Source: Rhynchobatus australiae | Lineage: Eukaryota | Length of the DNA stretch: 64,000 bases | Reading direction: 5' to 3' | Assembly: GCA_034780895.1 (NCBI GenBank) | Contig: JAUZTB010000076.1 | Location: forward strand, 61,452,767 to 61,516,766 | Part shown: one piece after another, positions 26,690 through 39,560 of the stretch | Layout of the letters: each line of letters starts with the position of its first letter | Position numbering within the stretch: the stretch's first letter is position 1 | Translations under genes and position numbers: made by a program | The notes under the pieces: generated by a model | The model's database searches: none | Told to the model about the DNA's origin: nothing | What the model saw: only the letters and a program-made list of their open reading frames with translations

Positions 26690-27010
26690 TCTCATATGGA
26701 GGCTTCAGCATAGTGATGAGAAAGTGCTGCAATATAAAGATTTTTAACAGATGCCCAGCCTGCCTTCTCAGATGATACCACTTTATTGGCAAAATTATAA
26801 AGATGCTCATGGAGCTCTTCCTGTTACATTGCTAATATTTATCCAACAACAAATATTACCAAAGGAGATTATCCAGACCATTATCATAATACTGTTTATG
26901 AAATCTTCCTGTGTGTAAACTGAGTGCCATCTTTTCTCCATTAGAGCAATGATTCCAATTTATTGGCTGGAAAGTACTTTATGATGTCATGAGTCAGGAA
27001 AGTGGGTGCT
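26690..27010 (+). mobile_element. Deu-domain SINE (SacSINE1/AmnSINE1-like), old copy
   Basis: Collinear with remembered DeuSINE motifs: gtgctgca, ctgccttctcagatg, aatattttatcc, cattatcata...tgtttatgaaatcttcctgtgtgtaaa, attggctggaaagtacttt. Confidence 0.6.
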
Positions 27011-28639
27011 TGCAAAGAGCGATTCAGAGTTTTAATGCTGACTATTAACAATTGTTTTGCAAAATTGCCCAGAACTTTGAGTTCGCAAAAGAATTTTTTG
27101 TAGGTGGAATACTGTAGGTACTGGAAGTGTAAGTTCNNNNNNNNNNNNNNNNNNNNNNNNNNNNNNNNNNNNNNNNNNNNNNNNNNNNNNNNNNNNNNNN
27201 NNNNNNNNNNNNNNNNNNNNNNNNNNNNNNNNNNNNNNNNNNNNNNNNNNNNNNNNNNNNNNNNNNNNNNNNNNNNNNNNNNNNNNNNNNNNNNNNNNNN
27301 NNNNNNNNNNNNNNNNNNNNNNNNNNNNNNNNNNNNNNNNNNNNNNNNNNNNNNNNNNNNNNNNNNNNNNNNNNNNNNNNNNNNNNNNNNNNNNNNNNNN
27401 NNNNNNNNNNNNNNNNNNNNNNNNNNNNNNNNNNNNNNNNNNNNNNNNNNNNNNNNNNNNNNNNNNNNNNNNNNNNNNNNNNNNNNNNNNNNNNNNNNNN
27501 NNNNNNNNNNNNNNNNNNNNNNNNNNNNNNNNNNNNNNNNNNNNNNNNNNNNNNNNNNNNNNNNNNNNNNNNNNNNNNNNNNNNNNNNNNNNNNNNNNNN
27601 NNNNNNNNNNNNNNNNNNNNNNNNNNNNNNNNNNNNNNNNNNNNNNNNNNNNNNNNNNNNNNNNNNNNNNNNNNNNNNNNNNNNNNNNNNNNNNNNNNNN
27701 NNNNNNNNNNNNNNNNNNNNNNNNNNNNNCCTCCCTTGCCCTAAATTGATTCTTGCAGAATCAATAATCTGGTCTTGTAATTTTCCCAGTTTTCCTTTCC
27801 CTAAAGAACAAATCTCCCATTGAACTTGGTTTTCTGAGGTTATATTTCAGGAAGACTTTTTTGGCTTGGTATCCAAATGCAATTCATGTAATTTTGGTAT
27901 TTCAAATGAAAATCATGATTAACTTTGTAAAACATAACCCATCTCACCAGTTGTGTGTTATATTCCCAGTGTGCAAAACCTTCACTAGGTATTCAGGTTG
28001 GGGATTAGGTTATTCATTATAAAATGAACATGTGTGGCTGTTAAAGCTGGACTTCTTGCTGTAGAGAAAACAAAGATACACTATGCCCAACAAGATGAAA
28101 TCCTAAGGTTTGCATGTGTAATTTTCCTTTCTGACTGGTATTGCCAATAATAAGATCTCTGATGATTGTTTAATATTGGCCAAAGGAAAACACAGTTTCC
28201 TCTGTTTTATGAAGCCATCTGTGGTTTTTGTCTTAGATTTGGCTTTGGCTCCATTGTTGGAAGTTTTTTTTCTCCTTTTTGAAAAAAACTGCAGCATTCA
28301 ACATGTACTACTCTCATTTATTTGACATTAAAAGTGGTCAGAATCTTTGTAGCAGCAAAGGGAATATTAATCTTTAATGTCATGATAAGAAAGGAAACTT
28401 ATACTGGCCATATTTTTATTTTGATGCATGAGGCAGCTTTTGTTGAATTAACTGTGATGAACCTAAGGAACACGTGAGTGCCACAGTTGATGAAGAAACA
28501 TATAAAAGTTAGACCTAATCAACAAATCATTAAATTTGTCACAGATAACAAGTTGGATCTTGTGCAAACAATATATCCTATTATTGTAGTTTCTTCATTG
28601 AAAATTGTCATCCTTGTGTACCCTAGTGTTAGCCATTCC

Positions 28640-30545
28640 TTGTTTTAATCCAAATGTACTTTATTCATAAAAAAATCTAAACTATATAATTCCAGAAATG
28701 TCATCAACAATTTTACAACAAGTAATATCACTCCATTTTCTAACATTTGTGGGTCATCAATTATTATCCATTTTCAGACTTAAGGTAAGTAGTTCATAGG
28801 TTCTTAAACAAAAATTTCAACTAATATGTATGCAATGGGAGAAAGGCTGTAAATTGTGGCCCTTCCCCATGGAACCCCTCCTGTTTTTAAAAAATATTTT
28901 GTTTACTTATTTTAAATCATGAGTATTGTAAATTAAAGGGTGATCCTTGCTATCCAAGATATAATCGAGCCCATGCAGTGTCCACCAATCCCAGAAGGTC
29001 TCAGCAAGCCAGCAGACACTGCAGGCTCCCTGACCATGGACACCCGGCCATGACATATCCTCAGAAGAGGGACAGGCAGTTGGCTCAGACAGATCTGTGA
29101 ATAACCACCCTGTCCAGACCCAGGAGCAAACCAACAATGGGGTCCACTGGCCACCACATATATCAGGAGCATGGGGCAGAAATGCAACCAGAACTTGAGG
29201 AGCATACCCTTCAAATACGTAAATGGGTGTGCAGCCTCTGACACTCCATATAAATAAGGAACACAACACTTCTAGACCACAGAAGTAGAAGGTAGCCCAG
29301 GAGTCCATGAAATAATTTCAAAATTTGTTGCAAGCAACTGCTGGTGCAACAGCCAACACTCTAGGTCCTTGATGTAAAGGGACAGGACTTCCACGTGGAG
29401 AAACCTGCTCTGGGGACATCCTTTGCTGTCAGATGGCAGAACCGACCACCACAGTGTGCAGTGTGCCCAGATTACAGACAAGGAAGTAGAGAGTGTGCAA
29501 GAACAGCATATGCAGGAAACACCTCCTATCGGTATGGAGGGCACTCTGACTGGATTCATCCATGTTCCAGGCTCTGAAGAATTAAAAGACTGGCAACTCC
29601 TGCAAAGCAGCACAGCTGATGCTTGCCATTGGGAGCTGCATGTCATTCTGAAGGCAGGGCGCCTGGCAGACAAAATATGTTGCCAGTGCACATTGTGGCT
29701 TGTAGTATGTTCTGCATACAAGTATCCCTGCAGAGTCTGAAGGGGAAAAGTCACCACTTGAGTATGAATGCACACCAACAACTGACCACCGTTACTCCTC
29801 AGCTGGGATACTCAAGCCATGGCTGGGATCCAGTGTTTCCTCTTGCCCTTGAAGAAATCCACAAGCTTCTTCTTGACTTTGGCTGTAAAAACAGGGGGCA
29901 AGAGCAAGTGATTAAATGGTTCCACAGCACAGAGATATCTAGTTGGTTTATGACCAGCACTTAGCCCTTGTGGGAAAGCAATTGGAGCAGTTCTGTTCAG
30001 TGCCTTATACAGGTGCTGACTTCAGTTTCCAATTCCTGCCANNNNNNNNNNNNNNNNNNNNNNNNNNNNNNNNNNNNNNNNNNNNNNNNNNNNNNNNNNN
30101 NNNNNNNNNNNNNNNNNNNNNNNNNNNNNNNNNNNNNNNNNGCCTCTTCAGTGGAAATCAGGGAGACTCTCAGATAGAGGAGATGAATGGTTATCCATGT
30201 GAATGGGCTCACCTCCTCCAGCATGAAGTCCAGCTGTCATTCCCTGTGAGAGCCTGGAACATTTCTCCCAATTGATCTGTGTGGATGTACATGGCCAAAA
30301 AGACCTTCTGACACTAGCACATCATCTGCAGATCAATGGGCTCTGTGACCATGAGATGCATATCTGGTCAGTGTGAGCCAAGAGTTTGACCTCCATGCCT
30401 GGTCCATACAGAGCCAAGCTGTCAACCTTTTCCACCAAGGATACAGGAACAACTCCACTCAACTGGAATATAGCTAGCTGGACATTGGGTGTACCTGATA
30501 CATCCTCTTTCAAAGTGAAGGGGTGCCATCGATAACCCATTATCT
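28640..30545 (-). mobile_element. Tx1/L1-clade LINE fragment, decayed
   Basis: GC-richer block with RT-like remnants (gtgtacctgatacatcctc; cagcacatcatctgca, YxDD-like on minus) and a 3' tail near 28650. Confidence 0.5.
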
Positions 30546-31319
30546 TACAAATTAATGATCATTTAACACCTGACTAACTAATTTGTTTGTAGATCTATTT
30601 CAGAGTCATATTTTACCTTTAGTTAACATAAATTTCAAATAAAATGAAAATTCTATAAAAACAGATATGATAGCTTTTAACTTAATTTGGACAGCATAAA
30701 TATTAGATAATCAGTTAAATTTGAAAAAGACAAATAATACCCATGCAAAAATGTCATCAAGTATACAGAGGCTTCTCATTGGTAGGCGGTTTCATTACTG
30801 ACATGCAAGTATCCCCAGAAAGAAATATTTTCTCCACTATCAATAATTCCTGTGTGTACTAATTCCTGGCAATATTATGTTTACAAGTCTATCACACAGA
30901 ATAAATCTCTCTCTTCAACTAAACAACTTTGCTTGGATCAAAAAAGGAATGTTGTTTGGTTCTGGGTCTTTGCTTCTTTTGGAGATAAATGGCCAGAAAA
31001 CAACTCATTGACAAATATGATGTTCCTTGAAGGAAGTTATTCACAAATTTTCCATCTTGGCTTTGGGTTTACGATTTGTATTATGCAGAATATTTCATTA
31101 TTAACAAAATAATTTCTCTTGGTTATGTCTGACAATGATTGTTTTTGGCATGTTTATGCAGCAAAACCTATACTTCAGATTTATTTCTTATGCTGTCAAG
31201 ATTCTTCATTGAAAATTGCAGAAACAAATGTAACTGATAAATGTTGCTGAAGTAAAGCTGCTGTGATCAAAATTCGATATTTTGCCTTGTTTTATGATGA
31301 GTTAGACTCATAAAACATT

Positions 31320-31780
31320 TATAACATGGAAGGAGGCTTTTCAATCCATTGTGTATAAACTGGTTGTAAAAGAATTGACAAATATAATCTTGCTTTCCAA
31401 CACTTAGACCAGAGCTTTGCAGGTCAGATCTCTTCATGTAAACATCCAAGTACATTTCAACTGTAGTTAGGGTTTCTGCCTCTAGCATCATTTTAAGTGG
31501 TGAGTTCCTTTCACCCTCTGGCTGAAAATAATTTTCCTCCTAATCGTTTCAACAATTATTTTAAATCTATTCTCCCTTGTTTTTGAACTTCTTTCTGAGA
31601 AAAGTAGGTTGTTCGTATTTACCACGTCCCTTCATGATTTTATACACCTCAGTTAAATCTCCCTCCTGTTTCTCTGCTCCAAGGAAGACAACCCCAACCT
31701 ATCCAATACTTACAGCTAAAATTTTCCACTCATGGCACACTTTGCAAATCTCCTGTGCAGTCTCACCAGTGCAATCACAA
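31320..31780 (-). mobile_element. CR1/L2 3' fragment
   Basis: ccttcatgattttatacacctc, caccctctggctgaaaa (reverse CR1 motifs). Confidence 0.65.
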
Positions 31781-31814
31781 GGGGTTCCATGATTAAGTAA
31801 TCAAAAGCTGCTGT

Positions 31815-34800
31815 GTTTCAAATGTAAGTGCCGAGGCTTTGATTCAAGAGCTTTCAGCATGTCAGAACCTGTCAGATGTGTGCCCAGCTGCAGCTCCTGG
31901 CTGACCACCTTGAGTGGCTGGAACTGCAGTTGAACTTGCTCAGGAGCTTACATGGTGCTGAGAGTACCAGTGAGGTGATCACCCCAAAGGTGCAAGCAGC
32001 AGGTAGTTGGGTGACCACCAGGAAAGGTAGAGGGGATAAGCAGAATGCAGGATTCCCCCAAGGCGATTCCCCTCAGGAACATGTGTCTTGTTTGGGATAC
32101 TGTTGAGGAGGATACTGGCCTTTCAGAGGAGAGCAACAGCAGTAGCCAGATCTGCAGCATTTCCACTCATGGCATACTTTGCAAATCTCCTGTACAATCT
32201 TACCAGTGCAATCACAGGGAGTTCATGATTAATCAAAAGCTGCTGGCTCTGATACACAGCAGGGGAGAGTAGAGACAGAGGGAGCTGTGGTGGTAAAGAC
32301 CCAATAGTTTGGGGGACAGGCAGCAGTTTCTGTGGCCGTGAACAAGACTCCAGGATGGTATGTTGCTTTCCAGGGTGAAGGATGCCTCCAAGCAGTTGTA
32401 GAATATTGTCAAGGGGAAGGTGAGCAGCCGGAGGTCGTTGTACACATTGGTACCAATGACATTGGTAGAAAAAGGGATGAGGTCCTGCAGAGTGAATGTT
32501 GGGAGTTATGCAGAAGGTTAAAAAGGAGAATCTCAAGTGCTTTCGTCTCTGGATTACTCCCATTGCCATGTGCTAGTGCGGGTAGGAATAGGAGGATAGA
32601 GCAGATGAATGCAGACTGAGGAGCTGGTGCAGGAGGGAGGGATTCGGGTTTTGGACCATTGAGAACTCTTCTGGGGTAGAGGTGACCTGTACAAGAGGGA
32701 CAGATTACACTTGAACTGGAGGGGGATCCAACATCCTGGCAGTGAGATTTGCTAATGCTGCTTGGGAGGGTAGTCTGGCAAGGGTTGGGAACCAAAGCAG
32801 GAGTGTGGCAGTTGAGAAAGTTAGGCAGATGAGCTTAGGGCATGGAATGGTACATGGGACTGGAACATTAGAGCTATTAAAGAACCATGGTTAAGGGTTG
32901 GGCAGGTGCGGTTGCATTTATGATTAGGGAGAATATCATGGCAGTACCTGGAGAGGAAATTCCTGGGGAATTGTTCTGTGAGGCTATATAGGTAGAATTT
33001 GGAAGTAAGAACAAATTGGAAATATTCTTTTATTGTCACATGTACCAAGGTACAGTGAGAAACTTGTTTTTCATGCCATCCTTACAGGTCATTTTCATTT
33101 CATTACAACAGTGTGTTAAGGTAGTGCNNNNNNNNNNNNNNNNNNNNNNNNNNNNNNNNNNNNNNNNNNNNNNNNNNNNNNNNNNNNNNNNNNNNNNNNN
33201 NNNNNNNNNGAAGTAGATTGTGAGGTCAAGAGTCCATCTTATTGTACTAGGGAACCGTTCAATAATCTTATAACAGCAGGATAGAAGCTATTCTAGAGCC
33301 TGGTGGTATGTGCTTTCAAGCTTTTGTATCTTCTGCCCGATGGGATGGGGGGAGAAGAGAGAATGTCTGGGGTGGGTGGGGTCTTTGATTATGCTGGCTG
33401 GTTTACTGAGGCATCGAGAAGTGTAGAAGAGTCCATGGAGGGGAGGCTGGTTTATGTGATGTGTTGAGTTGGGTCCACAACTCTCCGCAGTTTATTGCGG
33501 AGTTGCCATAACAAGCTTTCTATGGTGTATTGATAAAAGTTGGTGAGGGTCAAAGGGGACATCCCAAATTTCTGAAGCCTCCTGAGGAAGTAGAGGCACT
33601 GGTGAGCTTTCTTGATCATATCGTTGACGTTGTTGGACCAGGACAGGCTATTGGTGATGTTTACTTCCAGGAACTTGAAGCTTTCAACCCTCTCAACAGC
33701 ACCATTGATGTAAACAGGAGCGTGTGCACCACCCCACTTCCTGAAGTCAATGACCAGCTCTTTTGTTTTGCTGACATTGAGAAAAGGTTGTTATCATGAC
33801 CTCATTCCACTAGGCTCTCTGTCTCCTTCCTGTACTCAACTCATTGTTATTTGAGATTCGGTCCACTATGGTGGTGTCATCTGCAAACTTGTAGATGGAG
33901 TTAGAGCAGAATCTGGCCAAGCAGTTGTGAGTGTATAGGGTGCAAAGTAGGGGCTGAGCACGCAGTCTTGTGGGGCACCAGTGTTGAGAATAATCTTGGC
34001 AGAGGTGTTGCTGCCTGTCCTTACTGATTGCAGTCTGTTGGTCAGGAAGTCAAGGACCCAGCTGCAAAAAGAGGTGTTGAGTCCCATGTCTAGGAGTTTG
34101 GAGATGAGTTTGCTTGGAATTATAGCATTGAAGGTGGAGCTGTAGTTAACAAACAATAGTCTAATGTAGGTTTCTTTACTGTCCAGATGCTCCAGAGATG
34201 AATGAAGAGCCAGGGAGATGGTATCCACTGTAGACCTGTTTCAACAGTAGGCAAATTGCAGTGGGTCAAGGTTGTCTGGGAGGCTTGAGTTAATGTGTGC
34301 CATGACCAGCCTCTTGAAGCACTTCGTGATGGTGTATATCTGAGTAACTGGACGGTAGTTATTAATGCACTTGTTTTTCTTGGGTACCAGGATGATAATG
34401 GTTTTCTTAAAGCAGATTGAAGCAGGGAGAGGTTAAAAATTTGTGCAGATACCCCTGCCAGCTGATCTGTGTAGGATCTGAGGACACAGCTGGGAACACC
34501 ATCTGGGCTAAATGCTTTCCATGGGTTCATTCTTTGGAAGACCAACCTTATATCTACTATAGGTCAGGGTCACCTGATTTGAACGCCACAGGGGATGATC
34601 ACTTTGGGATTGTACGAAAGGCCCCCTCTCTTCCGCCCCCCCCCCCCAGATTGCAAATATCTGTAAAAATAATGGGGTTGAAATGATTATAACTTCCCTA
34701 ATATTGACTGGAACTGGGTAGGGTGAAATTTGTTATATGTGTCCAGGAAAGTTTTCTCATACATTATATAGATGGTTCCACTTGAGAGGGGGATCTTTTG

Positions 34801-36560
34801 ATCTCCAGTTGGCCAATGCAAGTGATTGAAACACTTTGGCACCACTGACCATAATTCTATTAGTTTTAAATTGTTATGGGGAAAGATAGGACTGGTCCAC
34901 AAGTTAAAAGTCCTGCATCAGTGAATGGCTAATTCTGATGGCATTAGACAGGAATTTGCATATGTTGATTTGGAGAGTAAGTTTGCAGGTAAAGGGAATG
35001 ACTGACAAGTGGGAGGTGTGTAAAAGTGAGATGCAGAGAGTTCAGGGCCAGCATGTTCCTGTTAGAGTGAAGAGCAAGGCTGGCAGGATTAGGGAACCCT
35101 CGTTGATGAAGGGTATTGAGACTCTGGTCAGGAAAAGGAGGAGGCAAATGTCAGGTATCGGCAGCTGGGATCGAGCAACTCCCTTGAGGAGTATAAGAGA
35201 TATAAGAGTACACAAGAGGGAAATCAGGACAAGCCAGGGAACTAGAGGCCAGTGAGCCTAACAGTGAGAAATTTTGAGAGACTGGATCTACCTGCATTTG
35301 GAAAGGCAAGGACTGATTTGGGATTGTCAGCATGGCTTTGTGTATGGGAAATTGTGTCTCATGAATTTGATAGAGTCTTTTGAAGAGATGAGCAAGAAGA
35401 TTGATGAGGGCAGGGTGGTAGATAGTGTCTCAATGGACTTTAGCAAGCTCTTTTGACGAGGTCCTGCATGGTAGCCCAGCCCGGAAGGTTAGAACACATG
35501 GAATCCAGGGTGAGCTAGCCAAATGGATACAAAATTGACTTGGTGTGTGAGTCAGAGGGTGGTAGTGGAAGGGTGTTTTTCAGCTAAGAGGTTTGTGACG
35601 ACGATCAGTCATGGGTCCAATGTTTGTCATGTATATTAATCATTTGGTTGACAATGTAGGTGGCATGGTTCATAAATTTGTGGATGACACAAAGTTGGTG
35701 GAATGAATGATCAGGAAAGAAAGTTTTTCAAGATTACAGCAGGATCAAGATCAACTGAGAAAGTGGTCAAAGCATGGCAGACAAAGCAGTTTCACAACTC
35801 AGACAAGTGTGAAATTTGCATTTTTGCCGGTTAAACCAGGACAGGACTTGCATAATAAATATTTGGGCCCTGGAGAGTGTTGTTGAACAGAGAGGCCTTG
35901 GGGTATAAGTATATAATTCCCTGAAAGGGACGACATAAGTTGACAGGATAGTGAAGAAGATGTTTGAAACACTTGCCTTCATCGGTCAAGGCATTGAGTG
36001 CAAGGGTTGGGACATCATGTTACAACTGTACACAATGCTGGTGAAACCACACTTGGAGTATTGTGTGCAGTTCTGGTTGCCTGGCTACAGGAAGAATGTC
36101 ATTAAAATGAAAAAGTTACAGAAAAGATTCACAAAGATGTTACTGGGACTGAAGGGCTTGAACTTTTTAATCTGGAGTGTTGGAGGCTGAAGGATACCTT
36201 ATAGAGGTATATAAAATCATGAAGGGCAGAGATAAGGTGACTGGTCACAGTCTTTTTTTCCAGGTTAGAGGAGTCTAAAACTAGAGGACACAGGTTTAAG
36301 ATTAGAGGGAAAAATTTTAAAGGTGACCTGAGAGACAACTTTTTCCCCACACAGCATGGTTGGTAGAACAAGTAGAACAAGCTGCCAGAGGAACGAGTAG
36401 AAGCAGGTACAATTACAACATATAAAAGATATTTAGATAGGTATATGAATAGGAAGGTTTTATGGGCCAAACACAGGCAAATAGGACTAGCTCAGGTAGG
36501 CAACTTGGTCAGTCTGAATGAGTTGAGCCGAAGGGCCTATTTCACTGCTGTATAACTCGT
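31815..36560 (+). mobile_element. Near full-length decayed CR1 LINE (ORF1 esterase and ORF2), interrupted by a Rex1 element
   Basis: ORF1 SGNH esterase VVVHIGTNDIGRKR and VSGLLP; ORF2 QHGFVYGKLCLMNL, MDFSK, LVKPHLEYCVQFW; CR1 3' tail near 36530-36560. Confidence 0.9.
33015..34587 (-). mobile_element. Rex1/Babar LINE nested in CR1 ORF2
   Basis: [34 protein letters not shown] motifs. Confidence 0.9.
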
Positions 36561-36814
36561 ACTTTAATGGGAAGTTCAGCTTAATGAGACCCTAACTTCT
36601 GGTGTATCTTCCATAAACCTTTCTGTATCTTATTTATTTTAAGGCAGTTCTTAAAGCCTAACTCTGAATGAGCTTTTGATGTCTGCAGTGGTATCTCTTC
36701 CTTTGGCTTGATGATGCTCCTGTTCACGTTCTTAAGAATTGCTGGTGTAACAGATTTATAGTCCTCGTGTTGTATTACTGTTTCATTCTGTGATTTAATA
36801 TTTTATCTCCTCAG

Positions 36815-36844
36815 GTCCCTGCAAACTTGATGTCTTTTGAATGA
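36815..36844 (+). CDS. RALGPS2: RALGPS2 terminal coding exon (VPANLMSFE*)
   Basis: Acceptor ttttatctcctcag, then gtc cct gca aac ttg atg tct ttt gaa tga; phase 0 fits the previous exon; conserved RALGPS C-terminus. Confidence 0.92.
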   Translation, partial: VPANLMSFE

Positions 36845-37880
36845 CCGAAACAGTGGCATAATTCAAGACTTGGATGCAGGCTTGATGAATGCATACAATT
36901 CATGAAAGGACCTCATGGAAGAGTTCCACATTTGTTCTTTCTGTGCCAGGATTGAAGCCAGGGATGTGCTTAATATTTTCATGTTGGAGCACTAGCTTCA
37001 CAGTATCAAAGCACCAACCACTAGGACTTTGTGGCAATAATGCAGTTGCCCTGGAGCAGCTGAGAAGCATTTGATAAGCGATCTGAATCTCTGAGAACTG
37101 TGCATCCCAATTGCACTGACTGCCCTGTGGAACCACTGCCTTAAGTAAAAGATTTGTTACACCAAATAGTGTACATGTTATAACCAGTAACGCTGGGCTT
37201 TTTGATACAGAAAATCCAGCTAGATTATAGTTACTGTAGTTAACAGTTTTGGGAGAGCTTACTTAGCTTTTTTTTTGCATTTCCTATCCTTTCATCATTC
37301 ATTCTGCTTATTTGCTCTAGTCTAGTTAACCCATGTTGGGTACGGAAATGGAATGAGCAATCTGTGTAGTCAACAGTATTACCATGTAGAATAATTGCAC
37401 ATCCATAGGTTTTTAATACCTAAAATATTTTATTTTGTTGGAAAAGTGTTTTTTAACTGAACTGTTTTGTACCCATGTAATTTTCTTTTTTTTAATTTTT
37501 ACAATGTGAACAATTTTCCTGTGGATTTTATTACCTGCTGCAATCTTGAATGAAAAAAACCTACCTGTGGTAACTTTGTACTATGAACATTCAGACTTGC
37601 CATTAGACTATTGTATATTTTTCTCGATCTCTCCAGTAATGTATGCAGCTTGCTTTGAACTCTCACATTCTGCTAACACATAGTCTCTACTCTAATAAGT
37701 ANNNNNNNNNNNNNNNNNNNNNNNNNNNNNNNNNNNNNNNTTGTGTGACACATGTCATTTTCACGACTCTGGATGTAGTGTGTGTGTGTATGTTTGCACA
37801 AGCAAGTTTAAAAACTCTTTAGGTACAGATTACAGAAAGTTTTCCTACTTAATAAATGTCTTGCAAGTGCAAGCAGCTTA
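36845..37880 (+). other. RALGPS2: Probable RALGPS2 3' UTR (3' end uncertain, may extend further)
   Basis: Repeat-free, T-rich sequence directly after the stop codon; AATAAA at 37851-37856. Confidence 0.6.
37851..37856 (+). promoter_or_regulatory. Candidate polyadenylation signal
   Basis: Canonical AATAAA about 1 kb after the RALGPS2 stop, followed by GT-rich sequence (ttagtgttgttt). Confidence 0.4.
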
Positions 37881-39094
37881 TATGGCCATTTAGTGTTGTT
37901 TCCACCAATCAAATATGATCAGGAAGGCATCCTAAATTTATGAAGAAGCAAGATCCAAAATGTACCCGCAATTGAGGCCTTCAGTTACCTGAAGGCACGG
38001 AATGGGTCCTACACTAAGCCAAGTAGTCATTTTACTTCTCTTCTGCTTATTTTCTTACTGTATTTTTACTACTTCATCGAAACCAAAATTCGCACCATCA
38101 CTAATGGGTTATACATTTATTACAGAAATTGCAATAATGGGAGCCTAACCTAATGTAGTTTCCACCAGAAGTGCGACTTGAATGATTGTTCTTCTGCAAG
38201 TCTTTTCAAGTCAGATTCGTTCCATTAGAATACAGGCTAGAATTACTCATTAAAGCTGTGTTTATAGATGTGGGAACCAGATGTTTAACCATTTTCTTTC
38301 GAATATTCCCAACCATGCTTGTTCACAATCCAAAAGCAATACTTCACAAAACTGACAGAGGTGATAATCTGGGGAATAGTTAAGGGGTGCATTCGATATA
38401 AAGGCTTTCAAGCCTTGGAAAAGCAATTGTTATGAAATGACAGTCAGTTTCACCCTCCATATCTATGATCTTAACCCAGTTACCAAAGGATTGGAATGAA
38501 CAAAGACTGGGACCTTGGACATGAGCAATAAAAATTTTGTTGTGACAGAGATTGCATAGTTTCTCTGAGGAATATTGAAGAGTAAATATCCTGTTACACA
38601 AAAGAAGGAAAATTGTCATTTTCCTCATTTGAATATATCAGCAAATGATATACAGTGAGGACAGTACCTAAATGAAATAAGTAATATGAAAAATAATCAG
38701 TGTTAGGTTTGTTTTTTTTTGTTTCAGTGTTTTAGAGGATTAAGGGATTACTATATCCAAAATTTAATTAGTAAAGTTGATATAAGCCATTATTTTAAAA
38801 GTCTAAAATTGGGTGAAGATACCAATGACGCTCATTCCGGTGTAGATATTGAAGATCTTAAAGCAAATATTTCCATTATTTGGTGCAGTTGACTTGCAAG
38901 GCCACTATTTTTCAGAACCCTATGTACAGGAATGTGGCACAGGTCAAGCAAAAGCCAGTAGTGACTGCAGCCAGAGAGATCATAGTCTACTGTAAGTTTT
39001 CTTTATGCAACAGGAGTCTGCTCTTTCTGTTTTCTGGCCTGCTTTAATTGGTATTTTGATTTTGGTATCTCAAGACTAACAACTAAATCAAATA

Positions 39095-39560
39095 TAGAAG
39101 GGTGCTACAAGGATGTTGCCAGGACCTGAGGGACTGAGTTACTGGGGGAGGTTGGACAAGCTAGAACTTTATCCCTTGGAGTGTAGAAGACTGAGAGGTG
39201 ACCTTATAGAGGTGTATAAAATTATGAGGGGCATAGATAGGTTGAATGCACTCAGTCTTTTTCCCAGGATTGGGGAATCAAGAACTAGAGGGTATAGGTT
39301 CAAGGTGTGAAGGGAAAGATTTAATAGGAACTTGAGGGACAACCTTTTTATACAAGGGGTGATATCTATCTGGAATGAGCTGCCAAAGGAAGGCGTTGAG
39401 GCAGGTAACTGTTAAAAGATAGTTGGACTGGTAGACAGATTGGAAAGTTTTAGAACGTCATGGGCCAAATTCTGGCAAATGCAACCAGCTTGGATGGGGC
39501 ATCTTGGTCAGCATGGACCAGTTGGGCCTATTTTCGGGCTGTATAACTCTGTGACTCAAA
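39095..39560 (+). mobile_element. CR1 3' end
   Basis: LECRRLRGDLIEVYKIMRGIDR, SRTRGYRFKV. Confidence 0.9.

Noticed and set aside
27104-27823. Long ORFs in the track that span N runs (also 11435, 24891, 39726-40307, 43195)
   Set aside because: Length comes from X residues in assembly gaps
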